A DNA stretch of 63,265 nucleotides, the filler included, from Octopus bimaculoides (taxonomy: Eukaryota): the NCBI RefSeq assembly GCF_001194135.2. It is 5 parts of 5 records of this genome, joined end to end, with 100 filler letters (N's around TTAATTAATTAA, not from the genome) between each part and the next. Parts side by side here need not be neighbours in the genome. Positions count along the whole stretch, not along the records: positions 1 to 25,929 come from NC_068981.1; 4 more parts are not named here. One strand, written 5' to 3'. Position 1 is the stretch's first letter; the number at the start of each line of letters is the position of its first letter. The notes under the pieces are model-generated. The model did not search any database. It was not told the origin of the DNA and was given only the letters and a program-made list of their open reading frames with translations. Shown in pieces: positions 1 to 11,616 of this stretch. The translations under genes and the position numbers were made by a program.

Positions 1-59
1 ATATATATATTTATACGGAGAATGGAGCAACAAATACAAGAAGAAGCAATTCTGTTGGG

Positions 60-430
60 CTAGTTAGCCGTTGTTTTATTGTGTGGAGGTTATGTAATGA
101 GTCATTGTGGAGGTTGAGGTTATGTAGTGAGTCATTGTGAATGTTATGTAATAGTCATTTACGTACGTTTCAATCTAGCCAATGGTTTGGCAGATCTCAT
201 CAGAATGTTGAGGAGTATGTTAAGAGTTTATTGTGCGAGGGATGTAGGAGAAGTAATTGGTGGGTATATTAATGTATATGGTGGTGTAATAATATTGATA
301 GGTAAAGAAAGCCTTACGTTTTAGTTGAAGTTGTGTTGGTCTTCCTGTAAGGGGATGTCGGATGGGTGCTATTTATATATATGGGGCGTGACAGTGACTT
401 AAAAGCTTCTACTTACTGGCCTTCATCAGA
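60..430 (-). mobile_element. Penelope-like pseudo-LTR-type unit carrying the family A hammerhead
   Basis: Minus-strand order: TATATAAATAG (about 370-382), then the hammerhead, then three short imperfect tandem repeats, then AATAAA (75-80). The PLE assignment is inferred from this architecture only. Confidence 0.45.
156..207 (-). ncRNA. Minimal type I hammerhead ribozyme, intact core (family A)
   Basis: Minus strand reads CATT-CTGATGA-GATCTGCCAA-ACCA-TTGGC(T)AGATT-GAA-ACGTACGT-A/AATG. Stem I is 4 bp, stem II about 10 bp with one bulge, stem III is the palindrome ACGTACGT, and the cleavage triplet is GUA (cut between 160 and 159). Confidence 0.8.
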
Positions 431-447
431 CTAACTATATATATAAT

Positions 448-481
<34 letters not shown>

Positions 482-1101
482 GTATAGGATGGTCTTGTTG
501 CAGTTTCCATCAACCAAATTTTATTTGCAAGGTATGCCAGAGGTCCTTTCTCAAGGTATCACACAGTAGGACCAAAAACAGAGCCATGTGATTCCAGCCT
601 TAAGTATGGGAATGAAATTTGCTTCGGGAGTGCAAACCTAGGTCCAACCCAGGATGTTCAAAGCATTTTCATTACCCTTCAAAAATTTTTTTAGGGGTGC
701 ATTTGGACTCTCTGTCGTTGTCATTGTCATCCCCCATGTTCCTGAGCCTATGATCCAAAGCAAACTTCTTAAATCTATGGTTCCTGAACCCTTTGTCTTT
801 GTTTTCTTCTTCTCACAGTACACTGGACAGTAAATACAAATATTTTGCCACATTTTGTATATAAGCAAAGGGAAAAAATGACTGTGGCTGTGTTGTGAGA
901 AGTTTTCTTCCCAGCCACGTGATTCTGAGTGCAGTCTCATTGCATGACACTGTGGGCAAGTGTCTTCTTCTATAGCCACAAGCCAACCAAAACTTTGTGA
1001 GTCGATTTGGTAGATGGAAACTTAATGAAGCCTGTCATAGATGCAATCATATAACTGATAGTACATCATGATTACATAATGAAATACGGTGTCCCTACAA
1101 G

Positions 1102-1342
1102 CAATTAATATGTTCATATCAGTTTCCAGGAATGTATTTCGTATGTAAAATTGGTATATCCAGTTGTATCACACACTAAATTTAGTAGATATTTAAGCAA
1201 TGTGTTCATGGATGGTTAATGAATTGGATGTGGTACTGTTGAAAGAGCTATAACTCCTGAAATATGCATATACACCCATTACCTATTTTTCCTATCTTCA
1301 ATTGCATTGTTCACACAGACTTCTTCGTATATGAAATGTAAT
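1102..1342 (+). mobile_element. Hammerhead-bearing repeat, family B copy 1 (motif 1231-1277, decayed)
   Basis: Aligns with 62993-63232. Motif TGGTA-CTGTTGA-AAGAG-CTATAA-CTCCT-GAA-ATATGCATAT-A-CACCC; the core carries an A6-to-T change. Confidence 0.65.
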
Positions 1343-2059
1343 TTTCAGTGCTGGCTCTAATTTCTATAGAAAAAAAATGATGTGTGTGTGTGTGTCTGTC
1401 TGTTTGTCTTCTCCCACCACTTGATGAATGTTGGTTTGCTTACATCCCTGTAACTTAGTAGTTCAGCAAAAAGAAACTGATAGAATAAGCACCAGGCTTA
1501 AAACCAAAAAAAAAAAAATCAAATACTGAAGTCAAAATGTTTGACTAAACCCCTGAAGGTGGTGCCCCAGCATGGCTGTTGTCCAATGACTGAAACAAGT
1601 AAAAGGTGAAAGATAAAAAAAAAGACATAGTATTAATGCATTTTAATCTGTAAACATAATTTAAACTATAGGAAATTACTAATTGTTTGCTTGATTTAGA
1701 CTTTATGTCAAGAATTTCAGTTTGTAGTTTGCTCATTCTTTTCAAATGTAATTTTACTACTTTCATGGCACATGGAACAACTTCTTTGCTGCACACCACT
1801 GTCTCATGACAAACAGTTTAAGAAACACCATCTTAACCACACAGACATGTCTGAGTTCATAATATTTATAAAATTTTGAACAGATTCCAGTCAGTTGAAT
1901 ATCTAAAACTAACTAAACATTTCATGTATTCTTCCATCAATCAGACAGGTTGAAAGTGTTTTTTCTTTATTTTCCTTTATTATATTCTCGTGACCTGCTT
2001 GGGAAAAAATTTTTCATTTTCACATTGCTAGTTTGTTTATAGAATCTTTTTACCATTTT

Positions 2060-2097
<38 letters not shown>

Positions 2098-3177
2098 CTT
2101 AATATAGTCATCTTACTAGTTCATAGAACACCTAAATCTGTCAGATTAGACCAAATATAAGTACTGCCATCATTTTATTTAGTGTTCGATTTTGTTATTT
2201 CTGTTGGATTTGGTCATATGCTTTTTTTTTTTTTTTTGCACATGACACAAATGGTAGCAAGGTAGTCTGCTTACTTTTTGCTTATGTTGTGCATTCAAAT
2301 CCTGCCATGGGTTCTTCACCACTTTACATGGAAGATGTACGAGAATCAATTAAATAGAATATATTTTTTTCCTTTCAGAAATTAATAAATAAATACATCA
2401 GGACCAAAATAGTTTTACTTCATAGTGTTTCTGTAAGATTACCAAATTGCCATTATTTGGCTCTGTGCTTTTACATTGCCTTATAATTTATTTTATTTTT
2501 TTTACAACACTTTTTCCTTATACATGAAATATTGATTTCTTACGTAGGCGTCTTGCCTTAAATTTTGTGGAGAGAGATTAATTGATTATATTAACCCACT
2601 TCACCCCAGTACTTGCCTGGTGCTTTTCTTTTTATCATCCAAACAAGAATGAAAGGCAGGATTTGAACCCAGAATGTAAAGAGCCATAACTAAATCCTGC
2701 AAGGTATTTTGTCTGATGTGACACTCTAATAATTCTGCTAATCTACTGTTCTCCCGAAACATAAAATATTAAAACTGAATACTTATTTAAACCAGACATA
2801 TAGATCCAGGCATGGCGGTCTGGTTAAGAAGTTTAATTCAAAACCATTTGGTCTGAGGTTAGATCTCATTGCATAAACGTTGTTGGCTGGTATTTTATAC
2901 TATAGTAACCAAAGGTTTGGGCTCAGTAGAAAGTTCCACATCCACTCTTATAATCACCATGCAGTTAGACAAAGGCCATCATATTTTAGATAGACTACTG
3001 TGAAGAATTCAAGTAATAATAAACACAGAAAATGTATTTTTTCCTGAGAATACCAAGGAAGTGAGTTGATTGGCTTCTATTATCTGGCTAGTTGTCTTGC
3101 TTAATAATGACAATTTGTTTACTGAAGACATATATCTTATAAGGCTTAAAATACAAATTATGTTTTCTGAGTCTATT

Positions 3178-3217
<40 letters not shown>

Positions 3218-3239
3218 NNNNNNNNNNATATATATATGT

Positions 3240-3445
3240 AGATGACTGGCCCTCGTGCCGGTGGCACATAAAAGCACCCACTACACTCTCGGAGTGGTTG
3301 GTGTTAGGAAGGGCATCCAGCTGTAGAAACCCTGCCAGATCAGATTGGAGCCTGGTGCAGCTTTCTGGCTTGCCAGTCCTCAGTCAAATCGTCCAACCCA
3401 TGCTAGCATGGAAAACGGACGTTAAATGATGATGATGATGATGAT
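3240..3445 (+). mobile_element. RTE-tail short element (GTGGTTGG.GTTAGGAAGGGCATCCAGCTGTAGAAA...(GAT)n)
   Basis: Shares the tail of the RTE copy at 36444. Further copies at about 4930-5182, 12190-12345, 19040-19260, 22330-22560, 38816-38985, 41460-41672, 42015-42180, 57985-58290 and 60290-60530. Confidence 0.8.
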
Positions 3446-3653
3446 ATATAGATATATACATATATGTTTGTGTGAGTGGCTTCACCTTTTTCCACTTCTT
3501 TATGAATGTTTGTTGACTGTAAACAAGAGACTCACTGTCAATAAAGGTAGTGTTTATTGCTTACAATCAACCATGAAAGCATGTCTGGGTTTCTTGACAT
3601 ATTGCACAGTCTTTGTAAAGAAAAGATCCTTTCAAATGATCCCTTTAGTTTCT

Positions 3654-3884
3654 TATTTCTTTATTGCCCACAAGGGGCTAAACATAGAGGGGACAAACAA
3701 GGACAGACAAAGGGGTTAAGTCAATTACATCGACTCCAGTGCGTAACTGGTACTTAATTTATCAACCCCGAAAGGATGAAAGGCAAAGTCGACCTCAGCG
3801 GAATTTGAACTCAGAACGTAACGGCAGACGAAATACCGCTAAGTATTTCGCCCAGCGTGCTAACGTTACTGCCAGTTCACCGCC
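3654..3884 (-). mobile_element. tRNA-derived SINE, full length, 9-bp TSD
   Basis: TSD TTAGTTTCT at 3645-3653 and 3885-3893; B box GAGTTCAAATTCC on the minus strand; paralog at 18737-18975. Confidence 0.85.
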
Positions 3885-5933
3885 TTAGTTTCTAGTTTAC
3901 TACATAACTATGTCTAGGCAGTTTATTGTTTGATAGACTGAGAGATTATTATCTTCTTTGAAACAGGTGAGGGTTGGTGGCAGGAAGGACAACTGGACAT
4001 AGAAAATTTGCCTCAGTAAATTTTGTCTAACCAATGTAATCATGGTAAATGGATCTTGTGTTGTGTTTGACAAATTAGTGTTCCAATAGTAGTTGTTTGA
4101 TAAATGGGAGTTATCTACTCTTTAAGTTGTAATATAAGTGGTTGAATATTCCACAGATATTTGTACTCTTAAATAATTCTCAGACAGACTCAGCATGATA
4201 CTGCATGTGACAAGGCTGGTATTTTGAATTTACAAATGCAGTCTTCCTTGCAGTTTTCATCTCCCTAACTTCACTCAAATGGCTGCAATTAGAAATAAAA
4301 CACTTAACTAAGCTGCCATGCAACAGAAGCGAACTAGGAACTATGTCATTACTAAGTGAGCTTCCTTAGTACAAGTTCATGCCATCAATCACACTTGATT
4401 GAACTTAGTATTCATATCAATAATTTATATTGGTGTATGGTGGCATCATCATCATCATCATCATCATCAATTCAGCTATTTTTTTTTTCTTTTCATTCTG
4501 AGTTGTCATAGCTGCATAGCTTTAACTTTTCATTTGTTCTAAGTGTCTACCTCTAAATTGTTTGGCAAACATTTCAAATTAAAGAAGAAAAAAAAATTGT
4601 TTGAAGAAAAAGCTATTTGATAAAAATAATTGATTAATATTTCCTAGTTAAGTCTTCTCCATTTCATCTCACACCCATATCAGATTTACAGTAGTGCAGT
4701 TGTTGTTGTTTAGTCCTATAAGTTAACCCTACTCAAGATATAGCAGATCTATGACAAAGATATTCCAACAGTGGCCATCCCATTGTTTTTGAGGGGGGGG
4801 TTTTTTCAGTCATAGTATATCTAAGACTACATTATCCAATATATCCTTACTTCTTTTCAAGATGGTCAGATGAGAGATTTGGCTGTTATTTCTAGCAAGA
4901 TATGCATCCATGCTGGTGGCATGTAAAAAAGTACCAAATGATCATGGCTGATACCAGTACCCACTGACTGGTTCTTGTGCCAGAGGCACGTAAAAAGCAC
5001 TATCTGAGCGTGATCAATGCCAGGCCTGTCTGACTGGCTCCCGTGCCGGTGGCATGTAAAAAGTACCCACTACACTCTTGGAGTGGTTGGTGTTAGGAAG
5101 GGCATCCAGCTGTAGAAACATTACCAGATCAGATTGGCCAACCCATGCCAGCATGGAAAGCAGATGTTAAACGATGATGATGTAGAGGCAATCTTGTTGA
5201 TCTGTCTGCTAGGAATTCGTTGCAGATGTGACATTTGTTTGTATGTGCTTGATCAGCTTGTTCAGCTGTTCAATCTCATCTTTCCATGTCTCAGTTTCCA
5301 ATACGACAATCCAATTCATGCATATACCAATAGTTACCTTTCAATTGTACTATTTTCAAGCACTCAAACCCACTCTTTTGGGAATTGGGTTTAGATAGAA
5401 ATTTAGTTTCAAATTCAATCCTTCAGACCTGCAGCACTTTGGATAAGAATATTGAAATTCTAAATTAGATCTAAGGCTATTTAATTCTAACCCAATTCTT
5501 TGATTACTGATTGTTAAGTGTTGGTAGATATGTAAGAAAAGAGTACAAGCAAGAAACAGGAAATTTTGCTGCTGTGAGTGAAAGAATTGTAGAACATGGA
5601 AACAAGATGTGTAGCTTAAGAGTGAAGAAATCTTAAACTGCCATAGCTATGTGGTTCTTTTAAATAGCACAGCATGTGTAATCATCTTAAAGGTTTCTAT
5701 AAATTAATGACTGTTTTCTCTTTGAAAGCCATTTATGTATGGGGAAGATTTATTCATTAAGCATTTGCTTAATATCACATGCAAAAAGAAAACACACACA
5801 CAAATTTATGTATTTAAGAATAAATTTACTTGCACAAAAAAAAAATATTTGACATTTATGAATGTCATCTTAATATGTTACTTTTGTCCTCTTAATTAAT
5901 TTTATGATTTTTTTTTTTTTTCCCAATTTACAG

Positions 5934-6224
5934 AAAGAACTCAAATCAGTCTTCCCCCACAGACCCAATCTTTAGTTTTTGGTAGCACAGCAATTCTCCG
6001 ATGTGGTGTCAGTAGTGATCCATCAGTGACTGTGAGATGGCAGTGGATACACGAGAAACCCCCAGATAATAAAAGAACTATTATCAAACCTAGTGAACGA
6101 CACAGCATTGAGAATGGGACACTGCGTATCAAAAGTGTCAATGGTATTGATGTTGGTAATTACACCTGCATTGTTACTTCCTCTGCAGGCAATGATAGCA
6201 GAATGGCTTCTATTACTGTTATGG
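5934..6224 (+). CDS. sdk: Sidekick-like exon, last (6th) Ig domain; internal exon, phase 1-1
   Basis: Poly-T tract and CAG acceptor (5931-5933), GTAAGT donor at 6225, 291 nt. Translates RTQISLPPQTQSLVFGSTAILRCGVSSDPSVTVRWQW...GTLRIKSVNGIDVGNYTCIVTSSAGNDSRMASITVM, with the Ig C..W..DxGxYxC pattern. The C-x4-DP-V and GNDSRMA motifs match Sidekick Ig6 as I recall it. Confidence 0.9.
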
Positions 6225-7509
6225 GTAAGTTCCATTTTGTTTATTTCTTTCTGACTTCCTCTACCGCTAGCTGACCTAACTTTATATGTCGTCTGTCACA
6301 TCTTTTAACATTTGTTTTATATTAATTAATTCTAGATAACATCATTGATTTAAGCCACCAATGGCTACTGCTTGTAGTCTAGGCATGCCTAAGTATTGAA
6401 CTGTCCACTGGTTTCTTTTTTCTTTCTTTTCTTTGTTGTTTTCTCTTGTTTCCCTCTTTCTTTCTCTCTCTCTCTCTCTCCCTGTCTCTTTTTCTCCAGA
6501 TCTCCAGACTTGCTGGAAATTTTTACTTTATATAGTTATCTCATTATATGTTCTGTATAAATTTCAAGTGGAAGTTATTGGATTTGATCTCAGCTTTAAT
6601 CTATAATGATTTTGGCTTTAGCCTCCACTCTGCTATGTTTCATGAAAATAAACAACAAAAATAAATCAAAACAAAGCAACAACAAAAAACAAAAAAATAA
6701 AGTAAAATAAAATAAATAAAAAAAAAGAAAGAAAGAAAAAGTTCTATGATCTTTTCTGGCTGCTTTGAAACCATTTTATGCCAAAAGTATTGCTTTACTT
6801 AACAGATTCCAGCCATTTTCATTGCTCTTAGTATACTTTATTGATCTTACGCCAGAAGTGTTCAACCTGGTCATAGCTATTAGTATTCTTTAAATAGTCT
6901 CTTTGCTACTTCTGTTGGACTAATACGCCATCGAACATCATTGCTATTCAGTTACCTAGATATAAGATAGACGTATCTTAGGAGATTACGGATCATAAAT
7001 AATCTACTTCGTGATTAAATTAAGAAGAAAAATACACGATGCAAAATAAAATTCGAGGAAATGAATTAATTGTTACAGTAATTATTGTTTCTGTCAGGTT
7101 TTTAGGTTATATATATACATATATATATATATTGTTATTCTTTACTCGACTAGACCTGCTTGTTGCTACTTTCTAGACGTTTCCCCTTCCAATAACTAAA
7201 ATCTGAGACAATCTGAAATCAATTTTTAACTACATAAACCTCCTTACCTGCATGTCCATTCTATTGCCCCATCATTTTTATAGCACCTTAACTGGCCATC
7301 ACTTCTCCCTTTCTTTTCAAATTAAGTTTTATTGGTACAGCTGATGCAATTCAGCCTGGGTTGATGGATATCAGGCTTCTTGCTGTAGGAAAAGCATTTA
7401 TGCATTCTCAAACCAAACTAGGAAATCCTCTACATGGTCACTTGACCTGCAATGAATAACTGTGAAACCATTCTCAAGGTCACACCCACAATATTGTGAC
7501 TTTTTTTTT

Positions 7510-7760
7510 TTTTGACACCCACCCATCTGAGACTACCCCTGGTTCTATGGCACAAACTTTCTGTTTTAAAGCAATCTTAATTCAAAGATTCAAACATCAT
7601 GATTTCATGTTGATTTATATTCCAAACACCAACCTAACCCGTAATTCTATTACCTGGAATTTTTTTATGAAACTTTGATTTCTAGCATAAAACAGCCTTA
7701 GAAACACGCTGGAATGATCAAAATAACATTTCAAAATAACATTTTAAATAGAAATAAGCG
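7510..7760. mobile_element. Diverged, oppositely oriented relative of the piggyBac-like MITE
   Basis: Patchy similarity to the reverse complement of the 35489-37492 units (acccacccatctgagact...ggttctatggcacaaac; atttcatgttgatttatattcc). Confidence 0.4.
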
Positions 7761-8414
7761 AGATATTGGGTGAAAAATTAGCAAACCTCATTTGAATATC
7801 AGAGAAATATACCTAGTAGATATAGCAAAAAGGTTAGATATGTGTAAATATTGACAGATAATTACGAAATTTGTAATTTTTAAGTGATCTCATATGAGAT
7901 CAGTGGTAGGTAATGGGTTAATAAGGTTAGTTATATTACTAAATTCTTCATCATTTTCAAAATTAATTGAAACAAATGCAATTTATTACAACAGAAAAGT
8001 GATAATAAAGAGGATTAAACTGACCATAAACAGGCATCCACCACCACCAGGATGTTGTGAGTGGTTTAGTGTGGTAGCTGTCACCTCCACAAAATATTTT
8101 GCTCATTGCTTTCTCTTTATTAATAAAAATACAAATGGTAATATTCTTTCTTTGCCCATGATGTTGAATAAGTTTGAAAAGTTTAAAACTATCACAATTT
8201 TATATTAAATATGGCAATTTATCTGCCACTTCGACATTTTCAGGCCCCACCCTAGTGGAACCTGTTGCCTTTTCCTTAAGAGAAATATCAGTTTAGTTTA
8301 TCTTTGAAAATCCTTTATGATATTCTGATTGTTTGTTTCAATGAAATACTTCACACTTCACACACACACACACACAATATATTATATTTTAAACATTTCG
8401 TACATATTGACATA

Positions 8415-8624
8415 TCCTTTACTTGTTTCAGTCATTAGACTGCGACCATGCTGGGGTTCCACCATGAAGAGCTTTTAGTCAAACAAATTGACCCTAGGTT
8501 TTTTTAAAAAAGCTTGGTACTTATTCTATCAATTTCTTTTGCCAAACTACTGAGTTACAGGGATATAAACACACCAAGGCTGATTGTCAAGCTGTGGTGA
8601 AGGGGGACAAACAAAGACACATAG

Positions 8625-8662
<38 letters not shown>

Positions 8663-8824
8663 GACAGGCTTCTTACAGTTTCTGTCTACCAAATCCACTC
8701 ACAAAGCTTAGGTTGGCCCAAATCTATAGTAGAAGATACTTGCCCAAGGTGCCATGCAGTGGGACTGAACTCAGAATCATGTGGTCGGGAAGCAAGCTTC
8801 TTACCATGCAGTCATGTCTGCACC
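8415..8824 (-). mobile_element. Major ~400-bp tRNA-derived SINE (CORE-like CCTTGGGCAAG segment, central (CA/TA)n), decayed full copy
   Basis: Colinear with 45066-45480 and 51826-52230. Confidence 0.8.
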
Positions 8825-10955
8825 TACATATTTCACATCACACTGCAAACGAATCAAATGTTCTTTCCTTATACAATATCCTTTACTTTACTACATACAA
8901 CTATGAAATGTAATGTCTTCATAATGTTGATTTTATTGAGGAAGAATATTTCTTTTCTCTTTGAGAGATCTTATATTTTATTGTAATTAAATGCAAGTGG
9001 TTTCAATCAGCAGTCTTCCTGGTTATAGTTAAGTTAGGCCTCTTTGCACCATTGCTGATAACATCTCATATCAGACTTGCTTGGTCATTCTGTTGCACCT
9101 TTCTGTTCAGCCAACCATTTGGCTGAGAGTATAGATCTGCTCAGTTAGACTTGATTTGGGATTAGACAGTTACAGAACTTAATATCAAAGGAAGATAGGA
9201 TATAATCAGGCTTCCAAGTGAAATTTAGCAATGTGGAGCAAGACTATTTTCAGGACCCAGAAGAGGTGTAAATTTGTTTGAGAGGGACCCAGCAAATAAT
9301 CATAGCCCCCACTGCACCCTCTGGCTCATCTGACTCAGACCAATGTGCTGGCTGACACCCAACCACCAATACCACTCACATTTTTATTATACACCCTGGA
9401 AACAATAGTCAAACTTTCGCTGTAACTTTTCTATTTTGCCTTAAGGCAGGCCATGAACTCTGAGCAACTTACAGAAGTTATTCACTCGTGATATTAAGCT
9501 TTTGTCTGATCTGGATTTAACTTTCCCCATACTGTTAATCTATTGTAACAGATTTCATTTCTTGTGTTCTAACAAAACTACAGAAACTTCCTCATGAGCT
9601 TGATTTAAATTAATTGTTGATAATTTATGCACATGTGGCCTTACTTAATATCAGTTGATCAGACAAAAATTAACTGTGAGGCTAATTGGTAAATTTGAAG
9701 CCAGTAGAGTTGGATTTTAATTATAATATGCAGCAAGTGTTTTGTAACTATTATTTTTTTAAGTCTCAGCTCAATCCTGATTGAGCAGACCTAGGATCAA
9801 AAACATTGCAATTCTAAACATGACCATTCTGTCTTTTTAGAGGGTTGCAGGATTACATTATCCCGTATTTCCTTCTGTTTCCTGTGACTGTAGATTTGGT
9901 TGTCATTTCTAGTACGTCGAGCAAATATGTAAAGGCTCAGTTTTGTCAAAGTTGCAATAACATATGACCTCGCTCTAGGTGCCAACTTACAAATTCTATG
10001 CCTGAAATGTGTACAGTGGTTTGTTTCATTACTTCTGTTTCTTCTCTTACAAAAGAACCAATAAAACTGACGAGTTGTAATGCACGAGTGGGTAAGATAT
10101 TGGTGATATTTCAGTGAAAAGGTGATCGATTCCATACAGCATATCATTATTTATTTATTAACATGAACAAAGTACTGTAGTATTCTAGTTTTTACCTTGC
10201 TGAAATGCTTTTACAATAATTTGGCAGTTCGTATTTCAAATCTTATCATTATTCACAACTTGAGTCAATCATGTCGGCATTTTTAACTGGTCTGATTTAG
10301 CGTGGAATTCATTATTAGGTTGTAAATAATGCAAGGAATCGTGTTCAGAAAACGCTACAGAACGAAAAAAGCGGGGAACGGTGGATTCACTTTAATCGTC
10401 AGAGAGCTGTGAAACCCTGAGTATCGATCTACTTGAGATACTCTTACAAAATGGAATAAATTATTTTGTTTGGGGTAGAAAGGCTAATGTTTTTGATACG
10501 GGGTAGACAGAAATGTCCGTCAGGGAGAACAGAAATGCTTACTGCAAGCATTTCCTTTCTCTTCGTTAAAGAATCCTGTCCGAAATGTTAGACCTCTTTT
10601 TCTTCACGGCAGAATGTATTTCACTTTGTGAACTTTGTATATTTGCCATCACAGACTTATTTCTTGTTTCCTTCGATCTCATTGCTTCACTTTTGCGCTC
10701 TTAGACGCGAGACCTAAAATCTGTCAGGCAAATGGGAAAGAAATGAGGATTTGAGCTTCAGTAAAATCATTTTTCACGTATAAAGGGAAACAACTATGTA
10801 ATATCTAATAAACTTTTTTGTCGGAACGATTAGTTTCCCTTGGCTTTGCAGCTATTTAAATAAGATATTGTATTTATCATGCTTTCTCATCAATTTTGAT
10901 TTTATTAACTGTTTTTTTTTTGTTTTAATGTATTTCGTTTTATTTTCTTTAACAG

Positions 10956-11096
10956 AGGTACCATATCCTCCAATCATTTTAAATGTGTTCGCACACAGCA
11001 ACTCTCCTGGCAGCGTATCTATTACATGGCAAGCTGGTGACGATGGTAATTCCCCTATCACAGGTTACATTATACAACACAAGCTAATTAATCAAG
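10956..11096 (+). CDS. sdk: Sidekick-like exon, N-terminal half of first FN3 domain; phase 1-1
   Basis: Pyrimidine tract and CAG acceptor (10953-10955), GTAAAT donor at 11097, 141 nt, in frame with the previous exon (G+AG=Glu). Translates EVPYPPIILNVFAHSNSPGSVSITWQAGDDGNSPITGYIIQHKLINQ, with the FN3 W...DGNSPI..Y motif. Confidence 0.9.
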
Positions 11097-11426
11097 GTAA
11101 ATTAAACAAGTATTCATACAATTAAAAAAAAACAATGTAAGGAATGTCTTTGCATAATTAATCTTCATATATTATTTGTTTTTTATATTTAATATATTAA
11201 TATCAAGTCATCTTTATAACAAGGCAAATCAAAGCCTTTTTCGTATCAATTCTCATAAAATCCAATTTTCTTATTACAAGTTCACCATTAAATTTTCCTG
11301 AGATTTTAATGGGTTTCCTACTAAATTTATTGGAGAGCAAATTGTGACAATTTTCTCTAAACTATGTAAAGTCGATGACAATTGACTTGAATATAAATCT
11401 TAAAACAGATATTTGCTTTATTTTTT

Positions 11427-11461
<35 letters not shown>

Positions 11462-11577
11462 TCTGTTTTGCTTATGAAATCTAACTTGGAAAATATTTCT
11501 TGATAAATAATTATCATTAATATTTTTGATTATATTTGTTGTGTACTGATTTATGGGTTATGAATATGCTACCCCCT

Positions 11578-11616
<39 letters not shown>

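Noticed and set aside
400-435. Second hammerhead on the minus strand (CTGATGAAGGCC at 423-429)
   Set aside because: No closing stem II strand and no GAAA follows (GAAG only); at most a deleted remnant.
10060-10100. CTGACGA followed by a possible hairpin; similar CTGATGA hits at about 18590, 21232, 23743 and 42430
   Set aside because: No GAAA at the right distance and no stem I or stem III pairing; 7-mers like these are expected by chance.
9797-10147. 116-aa minus-strand ORF, and similar short ORFs at 45543-46425
   Set aside because: No recognisable domain and no consistent splice signals.
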